Source: Halarcobacter sp. (GTDB lineage Bacteria > Campylobacterota > Campylobacteria > Campylobacterales > Arcobacteraceae). Taken from it: a stretch of DNA of 64,000 bases. The stretch is taken from the NCBI GenBank assembly GCA_963676565.1, contig OY781089.1:896001-960000 (forward strand). Reading direction: 5' to 3'. Shown piece after piece: positions 48,732 to 58,697 of the stretch. Below the pieces are notes generated by a model. The model made no database searches and was not told the DNA's origin. It saw nothing but the letters and a program-made list of their open reading frames with translations. A program made the translations under genes and the position numbers. The stretch's first letter is position 1. Each line of letters opens with the position of its first letter.

Positions 48732-49319
48732 ATGAGTATTAAAATAGGAATAGCAGGACCAGTAGGAAGTGGAAAAACTTCTATTATTGAAAAACTAACA
48801 AATATGTTAAAAGATGAACACTCTTTAGGTATTGTTACAAATGATATATATACAAAAGAAGATGCAAATTATCTAAAAAATAAACTTGATTTAAATAATG
48901 ATCAAATCATTGGAGTTGAAACAGGTGGTTGCCCTCATACAGCAATTAGAGATGATATCTCTATGAATCAAAAAGCAATTGAAGAGCTTGAAGAAAAATT
49001 CAATCCTGATATTATCTTTGTGGAAAGTGGAGGGGATAATCTTAGTGCTACTTTTTCATATGAATTAATTGATTATTATCTTTATGTAATTGATGTGGCT
49101 CAAGGAGCTGATATACCAAGAAAAAAAGGTGCAGGACTACTATTTTCAGACCTTTTAGTTGCAAATAAAACTGACCTTTGCCCTTATGTAAATGTGGATT
49201 TAGAAAGTTACAAAAAAGATGTTCATGAAAGTAGAAAAAATAAACCAAGTATCTTCTTATCAAACCAAGATGAACAAAGTTTTGATAAATTAAAAGAGTG
49301 GATAAAAGCCTTAATATAA
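48732..49319 (+). CDS. ureG: Urease accessory GTPase UreG
   Basis: GPVGSGKT, VTNDIYT.EDA, VETGGCPHTAIR.D, ESGGDNL, NKTDL; start moved to ATG 48732 (SD AGGA). Confidence 0.95.
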   Translation: MSIKIGIAGPVGSGKTSIIEKLTNMLKDEHSLGIVTNDIYTKEDANYLKNKLDLNNDQIIGVETGGCPHTAIRDDISMNQKAIEELEEKFNPDIIFVESGGDNLSATFSYELIDYYLYVIDVAQGADIPRKKGAGLLFSDLLVANKTDLCPYVNVDLESYKKDVHESRKNKPSIFLSNQDEQSFDKLKEWIKALI

Positions 49320-49431
49320 GTATTTTTTTAGACGGGATTTAAATAGTATAATTATTATTCAGAAGTCAAAAATGTTTTTAGTATTATTTGCGTATAATCT
49401 TATAACTTTAGAAACAAAAGGTTAAGTCTAT

Positions 49432-52400
49432 ATGAATACAAAAAATAATGATTCTTTATTAGATGAATATTTTAATTCAATTGAAAAAATAATTCTTTCA
49501 AGACAAGATCCAATAACAGGTTTATTACCAGCAAGTACCGCTATTACAGCACATGGAGATTATACTGATGCCTGGGTTCGAGACAATGTATATAGTATAC
49601 TTTGTGTTTGGGGTCTTAGCCTTTCTTATAAAAAATATGACCCGGACCATTTTAGAACATATTATTTAGGACAAAGTGTTGTAAAACTAATGAGAGGTCT
49701 ACTTTTATCAATGATGAAACAATCTGATAAGGTGGAAAGGTTTAAACACACCCTAAATCCAACTGATGCACTTCATGCTAAGTATGGTACTAAAACAGGA
49801 CTTCCTGTTGTAGGTGATGATGAATGGGGGCATTTACAGCTTGATGCAACTTCAATTTTTATTTTAATGTTAACTCAAATGATTGCTTCAGGACTTAGAA
49901 TAGTATATAGTATTGATGAGGTTAATTTCGTTCAAAACTTAGTACATTATATTAGTAGAACATATTGTACTCCTGATTTTGGTATTTGGGAAAGAGGACA
50001 TAAAATCAATACTGGTAATGCAGAGATTAATTGCAGTTCAGTTGGTATGGCAAAAGCAGCACTTGAAGCAATAGATGGTTTTAACCTTTTTGGAAATGTT
50101 TCATCAAAAGAATCAATAATTCATGTTATTCCAAGTGATGTAGCAAGATCTAGATTTACTTTATATAATCTACTACCAAGGGAATCAAGTTCTAAAGAAA
50201 CAGATGCAGCACTATTAAGTATCATTGGATTTCCAGCTTATGCAATTGAAGATAAGCAAATTGTTAAAAAAACAAAAGATAAAATCCTTAAAAAACTTCT
50301 TGGAAACTATGGTTGCAAAAGATTCTTACTTGATGGTCACCAAAGTTTTTTAGAAGACCATACAAGATTACACTATGAAGTTGATGAGTTAAGAGAATTT
50401 GAAAATATTGAATCTGAATGGCCATTGTTTTTTACATATTTACTTTTAGATTCCTTGATGCAAGGAGATAAAGAGGAAGCAAAATATTGGAGAGATAAGC
50501 TTGAAACTTTATTTGTGGAAGTTGATGGAGTTAAATTATTACCAGAACTATATATTGTTCCAAAAGATTTAATTGATGCAGAAAAACAAAATCCAGGTAG
50601 TCAAAAAAGAGTTCCAAATGAAAATATACCTTTAGTTTGGGCTCAAAGTTTATTTTTACTTTCAGATATGATTCAAAATGATTTATTAACTCCAAGTGAC
50701 ATTGATCCTTTAAATAGAAGAAAAAGAATTGGACATAAAAGAAAAACTTATCCAATGGTTACTTTCTTAAGTGAAAATGAGATTGTTAAACAAGAGTTAT
50801 TAAATTTAGGTTTTGAAAGTGAAACTTTTGAAGACTTGAAACCTTTAAAAATAATGCATGCTTCTCAACTAAGTGAAGTACAAAATCTTATTGGGAAAAA
50901 TGACAAATTAGGATTAAGTGGTAGACCATCGTGGGTACCACGGTCTATAACAACTGCAAGATTGTATATTTTAGCTGGTGAAAAAATATTATTCTTACCA
51001 TACTATTTTAATCCAAAAGGTTTTTATTTTAGTCATGATAATAAATTTTTAGTTGAACAATTCAAAGCTTCACTAATATTTCTAGCAAATCATTGGGACC
51101 AAGCAGGTCAACCTATTTTGCCTTTTTTAATTAGGGAAGATATGTTAAATGATATTAACAGAGATAAGGTTCTAAAACTTTTAAATGAACTTCAAAATGG
51201 AAGTATTGAAGGTTTTGAGATAAAAACTGCTCCATTGGGACAACTTTTAAATACTGCTGCCGTTGAAAGAGTTCAAAACCTTCATGGTTTTGAGTTAAAA
51301 AGCTTTGAGGCAAACTCTGATAATAGAACTTTTTATAGTACCTCTTTATTAGGTTGTGATGCTAAAAATAGCGAAGAGAATTTAAGTTCATATAATTTTA
51401 AAGATGACAATGAATTACAAAATCTACTTAATGAAAATATTTCATTAAAGGCAAAAGCACATATTATTGAAATTTTATATTCAAGATTTGGGTTTGATTA
51501 TAAAGTTCAAAGTGAAGATAAATATATAGATTTAAAATCATTGGCTCAATACTATTATGAAAATGGATCTAATTGTCATAATTGGGCTGTTGTAAGAAAA
51601 ATGGCAGATATTTTAGAAATATTTGATGATAGATTAGAGGATTCACTTTTAGAAGTTATCATTAGACAAAAAAGATTAGCTGTTGGAAGAGCGTATAGCG
51701 AAAGTGCAACATTTTCAAAACCACTTGAAAGCTTCAATATTTTAAAAACTATAAAAGAATCATGTGGGGAAAATTCCGCTGAAAATGTTTTAACACAAGA
51801 GATACTTTTACATATAGGACATTTAATTAGAATTGAACCTAAACTTTTTGAAAATATGATTACAATTAGAACATGGTATTTAGTTCAACTTCTTGTATCA
51901 AATATTAGTAGAGAAAATTCTGTTCCTATTGGAGATGCCTATGAATATCTTCTCTCTTTGGCTCCCCATGCAGTTTATGATAATCTTAGGGTTATTTTAG
52001 AATCATTTTCAAATGAAGTTGGAATGATGAAACAAAATGAAAATATCCAAGCCTCAGGAGTAGAAGATATTCAAAAAATTTCTACACCTAATGAAAAAGT
52101 TGAAATAGAGATGGATAAAGATTGGGCCATTTGGAGAAAAAATATAGGGATGATAGGAAGTACAAATTCACAATTTTATAAAGGTGTTTGGTACTTACTT
52201 CAACAATGTAATGGTTTAGTTATTGGGGATAAGTATAATCAGTACAATAGAATGGGGTCTGATTTAACCCTTGATACAACAGCAGGGGAGAGAAACTTTG
52301 AATTAAGGGTTGATTCTTTGCTTCAAAGCATAAAGGCTTCAGAATACAGACAATTAAACATCGAAGCCTTACAATCTTTATCTAGAGTCTTTAAAGAAAA

Positions 52401-52605
52401 TCCTGAAATTAAAATTGATTCAGACATTTTAATTGATGTATTAATAGGACATGCAGTAAGATTGGCTTGGCAAAAAGAGCATGAAAATGAAAATTATGAT
52501 GAGCAAAAAGGTCAAGCATGGAGTGCCTTTTATGAACTTTCACCAAAGAAAACAGATGAGTTTTTTATTGAAAGTTTTATGCATTTACTAACATTAAAGG
52601 ATTAG
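49432..52605 (+). CDS. Glycoside hydrolase family 15 / phosphorylase-b-kinase regulatory-subunit-like protein
   Basis: QDP.TGLLPAST, WVRDNVY, WGHLQ.DA.S, PD.GIWERG, LPRES.SKE.DA, YGCKRFL.DG, ESEWPLF, LPELY, PL.WAQS; 1057 aa. Confidence 0.85.
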   Translation: MNTKNNDSLLDEYFNSIEKIILSRQDPITGLLPASTAITAHGDYTDAWVRDNVYSILCVWGLSLSYKKYDPDHFRTYYLGQSVVKLMRGLLLSMMKQSDKVERFKHTLNPTDALHAKYGTKTGLPVVGDDEWGHLQLDATSIFILMLTQMIASGLRIVYSIDEVNFVQNLVHYISRTYCTPDFGIWERGHKINTGNAEINCSSVGMAKAALEAIDGFNLFGNVSSKESIIHVIPSDVARSRFTLYNLLPRESSSKETDAALLSIIGFPAYAIEDKQIVKKTKDKILKKLLGNYGCKRFLLDGHQSFLEDHTRLHYEVDELREFENIESEWPLFFTYLLLDSLMQGDKEEAKYWRDKLETLFVEVDGVKLLPELYIVPKDLIDAEKQNPGSQKRVPNENIPLVWAQSLFLLSDMIQNDLLTPSDIDPLNRRKRIGHKRKTYPMVTFLSENEIVKQELLNLGFESETFEDLKPLKIMHASQLSEVQNLIGKNDKLGLSGRPSWVPRSITTARLYILAGEKILFLPYYFNPKGFYFSHDNKFLVEQFKASLIFLANHWDQAGQPILPFLIREDMLNDINRDKVLKLLNELQNGSIEGFEIKTAPLGQLLNTAAVERVQNLHGFELKSFEANSDNRTFYSTSLLGCDAKNSEENLSSYNFKDDNELQNLLNENISLKAKAHIIEILYSRFGFDYKVQSEDKYIDLKSLAQYYYENGSNCHNWAVVRKMADILEIFDDRLEDSLLEVIIRQKRLAVGRAYSESATFSKPLESFNILKTIKESCGENSAENVLTQEILLHIGHLIRIEPKLFENMITIRTWYLVQLLVSNISRENSVPIGDAYEYLLSLAPHAVYDNLRVILESFSNEVGMMKQNENIQASGVEDIQKISTPNEKVEIEMDKDWAIWRKNIGMIGSTNSQFYKGVWYLLQQCNGLVIGDKYNQYNRMGSDLTLDTTAGERNFELRVDSLLQSIKASEYRQLNIEALQSLSRVFKENPEIKIDSDILIDVLIGHAVRLAWQKEHENENYDEQKGQAWSAFYELSPKKTDEFFIESFMHLLTLKD

Positions 52606-52607
52606 AG

Positions 52608-53594
52608 GTGATTTTAGCTGGAGATATTGGAGGGACTAAAACAAATCTTGCTTTATTTGAGTTAGTTGATGGAAAGTTAGAAACTATTGTTCAAGAACAA
52701 TTTGCAAGTAAAGATTATGGTAAATTTATGGATTTAATCATAGCTTTTAAAGAGAAAAATGCCATAGAACAAATTGAAGCTTTATGTTTAGGAATTGCAG
52801 GTCCTATTATTGATGAAAGGTGTAGGACTACAAATCTTCCTTGGGATATAAAAGCAAGTGAACTAAAAGAAGAGTTTGGAATATCTAGCGTTAAACTTTT
52901 AAATGATCTTGAATCAACAGCCTATGGAATGCTTTATTTAGATGAAGAAGAGTTTATAAATCTAAATCCAACGGGAAGAAAGAAAAAGGGAAATATAGCT
53001 GTAATTGCCGCAGGAACTGGATTAGGTGAAGCGATTTTATATTTTGATGGTAAAGGTTACAACCCTATTGGAACAGAGGGAGGTCATACTGATTTTGCTC
53101 CAATTACATCACAACAAGATGAGTTATTAAGCTGGTTAAGACGTAGATATCCTGGACATGTAAGTTATGAAAGAATTGTTTCTGGAATTGGAATTTATAC
53201 CTTATATGAGTTTTTAGCAGAAACAAATTTTGCTCCTCAACCACAAGCTATGTTAAACTTAGAAGATGGTGTAGATAAAAGTGCAATGGTAAGTTGTTGT
53301 GCTTTAGAGCAAAATGATCCATTATGTTTAGAAGCATTAAGAATTTTTGCAGAGATTTATGCCGCTGAAGCTGGTAATTTAGCCTTAAAATCTATGTCTT
53401 TAGGTGGAGTTTATATTGGTGGTGGTATTGCTCCAAAAATTTTGCCAATCATAAAAAGTGAGTATTTTTTAAATGCTTTTTTTAGCAAGGGTAGATTTGA
53501 AGATTTACTTAGGGTTATGGAATTAAAAGTATCACTTAATCAAGAGACAGCTTTAATTGGAAGTGCTAGATATGCCTTTGATAAATTAGTCTAA
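52608..53594 (+). CDS. glk: Glucokinase (E. coli Glk type)
   Basis: LAGDIGGTKT, GIAGP, TNLPW, LNDLE, AGTGLG, EGGH.DFAP, E...SG.G, GGVYIGGGIAP. Confidence 0.93.
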   Translation: MILAGDIGGTKTNLALFELVDGKLETIVQEQFASKDYGKFMDLIIAFKEKNAIEQIEALCLGIAGPIIDERCRTTNLPWDIKASELKEEFGISSVKLLNDLESTAYGMLYLDEEEFINLNPTGRKKKGNIAVIAAGTGLGEAILYFDGKGYNPIGTEGGHTDFAPITSQQDELLSWLRRRYPGHVSYERIVSGIGIYTLYEFLAETNFAPQPQAMLNLEDGVDKSAMVSCCALEQNDPLCLEALRIFAEIYAAEAGNLALKSMSLGGVYIGGGIAPKILPIIKSEYFLNAFFSKGRFEDLLRVMELKVSLNQETALIGSARYAFDKLV

Positions 53595-53606
53595 AGATAA
53601 ATATAG

Positions 53607-56372
53607 TTGAAATTAATTACAAACAATCAAAACTCAAACTTTTATAATCATATCTCTTCTTTGTTGAGTGAGTGTGACAGTTTTATTTTTAATGTTGCTT
53701 TTATAAACTTTTCTGGTGTTCAATTACTTTTAGATATTTTTAAACAACTTGACAACAAAGGGATAAAAGGTAAAATCCTAAGTTCTACATATCTAAATTT
53801 TACAGAAGTTAAAGCCTTAGAAAAATTAAAAGAGTTCAAAAATATTGAACTTAAAATATATGATAGTAGTGAGATTGGTTTCCATGCAAAAGCTTATATT
53901 TTTGAATTTAAAGATGACTATAAAATTGTTCTAGGTTCTTCAAATATAACCTCAAGTGCTTTTAAAAAGAACATTGAGTGGAATCTTAAAACAATACTAA
54001 AAAAAGATGCCGAATTTTCAAATGAAATTTTAAATGAGTTTAATCAACTTTGGAAACAATCAACAATCGTTGATGAAGCTTTTTTAAACTCATATCGAAG
54101 TTATAAAAAACAAATTCAAAACAGTTTCAAAAGTTTTAGCTCTCAAAAACAGATTCTTGCAAACTTTATGCAAGAAAAGGCTTTAGAAAAATTAGATTTT
54201 TTAAGACAAAAAGGTGAAAAAAAAGCTTTAGCAATCGCTGCAACAGGTTCAGGGAAAACATATCTTTCAGCCCTTGATGTAAAAGCCTTTAAACCTAAAA
54301 AAATCTTATTTATAGTTCATAGAGAAAATATATTATTAAAAGCAAAACAAAGTTTTGAATCTTTGATTAGTGATTTTTCATGTGGTTTATTTACTGGAAA
54401 TAAAAAAGAAAATTGTGATTATCTTTTTGCAACAATACAAACCCTTAGCTCAAATTATAAAAATTTTAAAAAAGATGAATTTGAATATATAATTGTTGAT
54501 GAAGCCCATCACATAACAAGTGCTAGCTATGAAAAAGTTATTGCTTATTTTACTCCTAAATTTTTATTGGGCTTAACTGCAACACCAAATAGAATGGATA
54601 AAGAATCGATATATGAAGTTTTTGATGAAAATATAGCCTGTGATATTAGATTAAATGATGCCCTTGAATCTAATTTAATTAGTTCTTTTCACTATTTTGG
54701 AATAAGTGATATAAAGACAATTGATTATTCAAATATCAACTTAAAAGATATTCAAAGTTTATCAAAACTTTTAATGGTAAATTCAAGGGTTGATTTTATT
54801 ATAGAGAAGATGAACTTCTATGGATACTCAGGGGAAAAAAGAAAAGTTCTTGGGTTTTGTGTGTCAAAAGAACATGCAAAATTTATGAGTGAAGAGTTTA
54901 ATAAAAAGGGAATAAATTCAACATATCTTACTAGTAATGATAATATTTTGCATAGGGAAAAAATCATTGAAAGATTAGAAGATAAAGAAGACTCTTTAGA
55001 GGTTGTTTTTTCTGTTGATATTTTTAATGAAGGTGTTGATATCCCCTCTATTAATACTGTTTTAATGCTCAGACCAACAAACTCTCCCATTGTTTTTACT
55101 CAACAATTAGGAAGGGGCTTACGAAAAGTGAAGGGGAAAGAGTTTTTAACACTTTTAGATTTTATAGGAAATCATAATAGAGCATATTTAATAGCAATTG
55201 CTTTAAATGGCAATAGAATAATTGATAAAGAGAGCGTGAAGTTTTCTATTTTAAATGATTTTGCAAATATGAAAAATGCCCATATTTTGATGGATGAAAT
55301 CTCTAAAAAAAGGATTTTGGAACAAATTAGTAAAGAAAATTTTAATGCCTCTAAGTATTTAAAAGAGCAGTATTATGAGTTTAAAGCAAATTTAGGAAAT
55401 AAAATCCCTATGTTAGTTGATTATATAAATTATGATGAATTTATTTCTCCACTAAATTTCATAAGTGATTCAAAATCATATATTGAGTTTTTAAATAAAG
55501 TAGAAAAAGATGAAAATTTTAAACTTCTTTGTGAAGATGAAAATTTTTTAAAAGCAAGTAGATTTTTACAAGGATTACTCCCTATAAAAAGGATTTATGA
55601 GTTTGCCATTTTAAAATATCTTATTTCAAATGAGTCATGCGATATTGAAAGAATAAGTGGTTTTATAAATAAATATTTAGAAAAAGTTTCAAAAAGAACA
55701 ATTGAACATGCCTTTTCTTTTTTAAATCAAGAGTATTTCGATTCAGCTCAAATCTCAAGATTTTTAAAACTTGTTGAATTAAGAGATAAAAAACTTTTTA
55801 AAACTAAAGAGTTTGAAGAGATATTAAAAGATAAAAGAAAAAAAGAGTTTATTGAAGATAGTTTAAAGTATGGGATATTAAGTTATGAAGAATCATTTGG
55901 AATAAAAGATTATGGGATGCCATTTTTAAAACTTTATGAAAAATATAATATGTTAAATATTGCCCAATTATGTAATTTCAATAAAATACATAGTTCATTT
56001 AGAGGAAGTGGTTTTTTAAAATTTGAAAACGACTTTTTTTTATTTATAACTTTAGAAAAAGATAAGTATTCAAAGGCATCAAAATATATAAATACTTTTT
56101 TTGATAAGCAACATTTCTCATATGTTAGTAAACCTTCCCATTCTCAAGATAGAGGGGATGGTCAAAGGTTATGTGATAATAAAAAATATGGGGTAAAACT
56201 TCACATTTTTATTAGAAAATTTTCCCATGTAGATAAAAAAGTTCAACCATTTATCTATTTAGGTTTAGCAAATTGTGTTGAGTATAAAGATAATAAGCCT
56301 ATAAATACTATTCTAAAATTGCAGAACTCTTTAACTGATAGTTTATATCATGAATTTACTAAGATTCTGTAA
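53607..56372 (+). CDS. PLD-nuclease / SF2 helicase / DUF3427 protein, SauUSI-like putative type IV restriction enzyme
   Basis: FHAK.Y...GSSN.T..A...N.EWN (PLD), ATGSGKT, DEAHH, GLTATP.R.D, VDIFNEGVDIP, QQLGRGLR, C-terminal LFITL.K..Y.N..L.IF.RK..F.YLG. Confidence 0.8.
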   Translation: MKLITNNQNSNFYNHISSLLSECDSFIFNVAFINFSGVQLLLDIFKQLDNKGIKGKILSSTYLNFTEVKALEKLKEFKNIELKIYDSSEIGFHAKAYIFEFKDDYKIVLGSSNITSSAFKKNIEWNLKTILKKDAEFSNEILNEFNQLWKQSTIVDEAFLNSYRSYKKQIQNSFKSFSSQKQILANFMQEKALEKLDFLRQKGEKKALAIAATGSGKTYLSALDVKAFKPKKILFIVHRENILLKAKQSFESLISDFSCGLFTGNKKENCDYLFATIQTLSSNYKNFKKDEFEYIIVDEAHHITSASYEKVIAYFTPKFLLGLTATPNRMDKESIYEVFDENIACDIRLNDALESNLISSFHYFGISDIKTIDYSNINLKDIQSLSKLLMVNSRVDFIIEKMNFYGYSGEKRKVLGFCVSKEHAKFMSEEFNKKGINSTYLTSNDNILHREKIIERLEDKEDSLEVVFSVDIFNEGVDIPSINTVLMLRPTNSPIVFTQQLGRGLRKVKGKEFLTLLDFIGNHNRAYLIAIALNGNRIIDKESVKFSILNDFANMKNAHILMDEISKKRILEQISKENFNASKYLKEQYYEFKANLGNKIPMLVDYINYDEFISPLNFISDSKSYIEFLNKVEKDENFKLLCEDENFLKASRFLQGLLPIKRIYEFAILKYLISNESCDIERISGFINKYLEKVSKRTIEHAFSFLNQEYFDSAQISRFLKLVELRDKKLFKTKEFEEILKDKRKKEFIEDSLKYGILSYEESFGIKDYGMPFLKLYEKYNMLNIAQLCNFNKIHSSFRGSGFLKFENDFFLFITLEKDKYSKASKYINTFFDKQHFSYVSKPSHSQDRGDGQRLCDNKKYGVKLHIFIRKFSHVDKKVQPFIYLGLANCVEYKDNKPINTILKLQNSLTDSLYHEFTKIL

Positions 56373-56376
56373 GTTA

Positions 56377-58155
56377 TTATGAAAGGTTTAATTTTATGGT
56401 AAAAATAGCTCCATCTTTTCCATTTTTAACTTCAAGTTTACCGTTTAAGTGTTTTTCAATCATTGTTTTACTCATATAAAGCCCTAGTCCTGTACCTTGA
56501 TATTGATGCTTAGTTGTAAAATAAGGATCAAAGATTTTTGTCATGATATCTTTACTAATACCACCTCCATTGTCTTCAACTATTATAATTAGATAATTCT
56601 TTTCAGTTTTTTGAGTAATTTTAATCCAGCCATTATTGATTTTATTTTGAACTATTGCATCTTTTGAATTATTTATTAAATTTATAACAACTTGAGAAAG
56701 CTCGCCGCTAATCATTTTTAATGTTATTGGATTATCATAATCTATTTCATTTATCAATTTAATATGATGACTAGAAATTGTAGCACTAACAATGTTTATA
56801 CATTCATCAAGTTTTTCTTGAATGTTAACATCTTTTAAAGCCTTTTCTTCTTTTATAAAATCTCTGAAAATATCTATGGTTTTTGATAGATGTTTTGTAT
56901 TTTCAACTATTAGATCCATTTGTTTAGGTATATCTTTTATATCTAATATATTATATTCATAATTTATTTTTAGGCCACTTGCAACGGTACTTATAGCACT
57001 TAGTGGTTGCCTCCACTGATGGGCTATATTTCCTAACATCTCACCCATTTGGGCCAGTTTAGCTTGTTCTAAAATCTGTTTATCTTTTTGCATCATCTCA
57101 CGAAGTTTTTCTTTATCCATGATATTGGTTACTTTTTGCTGATAAAATAGTAAAACTAATGCTAGATAAAACAGAATAAAAAGGGTTGAAAAGGCTTCAT
57201 AATTATCATTAAACAATCCAATTGTTGAACCCTTTGTCAAAATAGATATAAACCCTTGATTTTTGTTAGTTATACTATCTATCAAAGGTATGATGGTTGC
57301 AATAGTTTTTTTATCTTCAATATAATAAGATCCAGGTACATTCTTTTTCCCAATATTGTATAGTATATTGGTGATTCTCTCTTCAGGTTTTAACCCATCA
57401 AGGTTTTTTGAAAATTTATTCTGAATCTCTTTTAAAATAAGAACATTATGTAAAAAACCTTTTTGGTGAGCATCTTTATATAGTTTTGATTCTTTTATAT
57501 ATTCTGCATTAAATAATTCTTTTCTTAGAATAATATTTGCTATAACATTGTATTGCTTCATCAATAAAGAACTTATTGCTTGCTCATTAAAAGTGATTAT
57601 CATTGCAGCTAAGAGTTTATTCTCTTCTATTATTGGAAAAACGAATTTAAGACCTGAAGTATTGTCTCTAATTTCAAAGGTACTTTGGGGAACTCTAGTC
57701 CATTTAAGTTTTTTAAATAATGTCCTATTGTCTGAAATCTTATAATCATTTTTTAAAGGGTTTTTCATATCTAAAAACATTGTCCCATCATTGAGAATAA
57801 ATTCGATATTTGAAACATGTTTTTGTCTTAAAGTTTTAAATCTTCCTAGTGTTTCAATAAAAATAAGTTTTCTTAATTGATCTTTTTCTTCTTTTGATTT
57901 TTCTTGTATATTTTCAAGTTTTTTATCAAGACTTGAATTGGTTAATATCCCAGAAAAGATTATATTTGCGAGCTCTTGATGTTGCTCATAAATGATTTTA
58001 TAAACCTTTGTATAACTAAATGTTTTTTCATACAAAAATTTTTCTTTATTTAAATTTTTTACAAACTCTAAAAAATATAAGGTAGAAAAGCTTAGTATTA
58101 GAAAAATGATAAAATATTTTATTTTTGTTTTTTTTATGAGAGATTTAGAATCGAT
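56377..58155 (-). CDS. Membrane sensor histidine kinase; frame extends upstream of TTG 58035 to a probable ATC start
   Basis: MGEM.GNIAHQWRQPL, N...N..DA, DNGGGI, PYFTTK..GTGLGLY; first TM helix lies upstream of 58035 in the same open frame; SD AAGGGG at 58161-66. Confidence 0.8.
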   Translation of the reverse strand: MDSKSLIKKTKIKYFIIFLILSFSTLYFLEFVKNLNKEKFLYEKTFSYTKVYKIIYEQHQELANIIFSGILTNSSLDKKLENIQEKSKEEKDQLRKLIFIETLGRFKTLRQKHVSNIEFILNDGTMFLDMKNPLKNDYKISDNRTLFKKLKWTRVPQSTFEIRDNTSGLKFVFPIIEENKLLAAMIITFNEQAISSLLMKQYNVIANIILRKELFNAEYIKESKLYKDAHQKGFLHNVLILKEIQNKFSKNLDGLKPEERITNILYNIGKKNVPGSYYIEDKKTIATIIPLIDSITNKNQGFISILTKGSTIGLFNDNYEAFSTLFILFYLALVLLFYQQKVTNIMDKEKLREMMQKDKQILEQAKLAQMGEMLGNIAHQWRQPLSAISTVASGLKINYEYNILDIKDIPKQMDLIVENTKHLSKTIDIFRDFIKEEKALKDVNIQEKLDECINIVSATISSHHIKLINEIDYDNPITLKMISGELSQVVINLINNSKDAIVQNKINNGWIKITQKTEKNYLIIIVEDNGGGISKDIMTKIFDPYFTTKHQYQGTGLGLYMSKTMIEKHLNGKLEVKNGKDGAIFTIKLNLS

Positions 58156-58179
58156 TATTTCCCCTTAATTATAATTAAA

Positions 58180-58695
58180 CTAATTATAACTAATTTTGTT
58201 TAAAACTTTTTCTAAATCGCCATGAAAAATCTTAGAAATTGAGCATGAAAGCATAAGATTTAGTGGGTAGTTAAAATCCTCAATCGCTTTTCCATTTTTG
58301 TCATAAAAGGTATTGTTTTCAAGTACTTTTTCTTCTTCACTAAATTGATCTATATAGTTTTTTTCTCTTGATAAATAAGCATAAACTTCCTTCCCTAATG
58401 CATAAGCGTAACCACATTCCCAAACTGTACCACTATCGCTTTCTTTTCCTCTAAAAGAATCTAAGTTTGCAATCACAATATCACATTCATCAATCATTTT
58501 TTTATTTGCTAAAAAAATATCTTGGGCGATTTTTTGTTTCTCTTGATTGAAGTTAACTACATTATCAAGGGGATATAATCCTTCATATCCATATTTTTCA
58601 CATAAATTAACATAATGTTTTCCAAGTTCAATTGAGTTCTTTTCAAAAACATCTGGACCTGCCAAATATATTTTCTTCTTCATTTTATTTTTCAC
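58180..58695 (-). CDS. Nucleoside 2-deoxyribosyltransferase-family protein (NDT/DNPH1-like)
   Basis: IYLAGPDVF, D.VIANL..FRG...DSGT.WE.GYA.ALGK, NLML. Confidence 0.88.
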   Translation of the reverse strand: MKNKMKKKIYLAGPDVFEKNSIELGKHYVNLCEKYGYEGLYPLDNVVNFNQEKQKIAQDIFLANKKMIDECDIVIANLDSFRGKESDSGTVWECGYAYALGKEVYAYLSREKNYIDQFSEEEKVLENNTFYDKNGKAIEDFNYPLNLMLSCSISKIFHGDLEKVLNKISYN

Positions 58696-58697
58696 TT

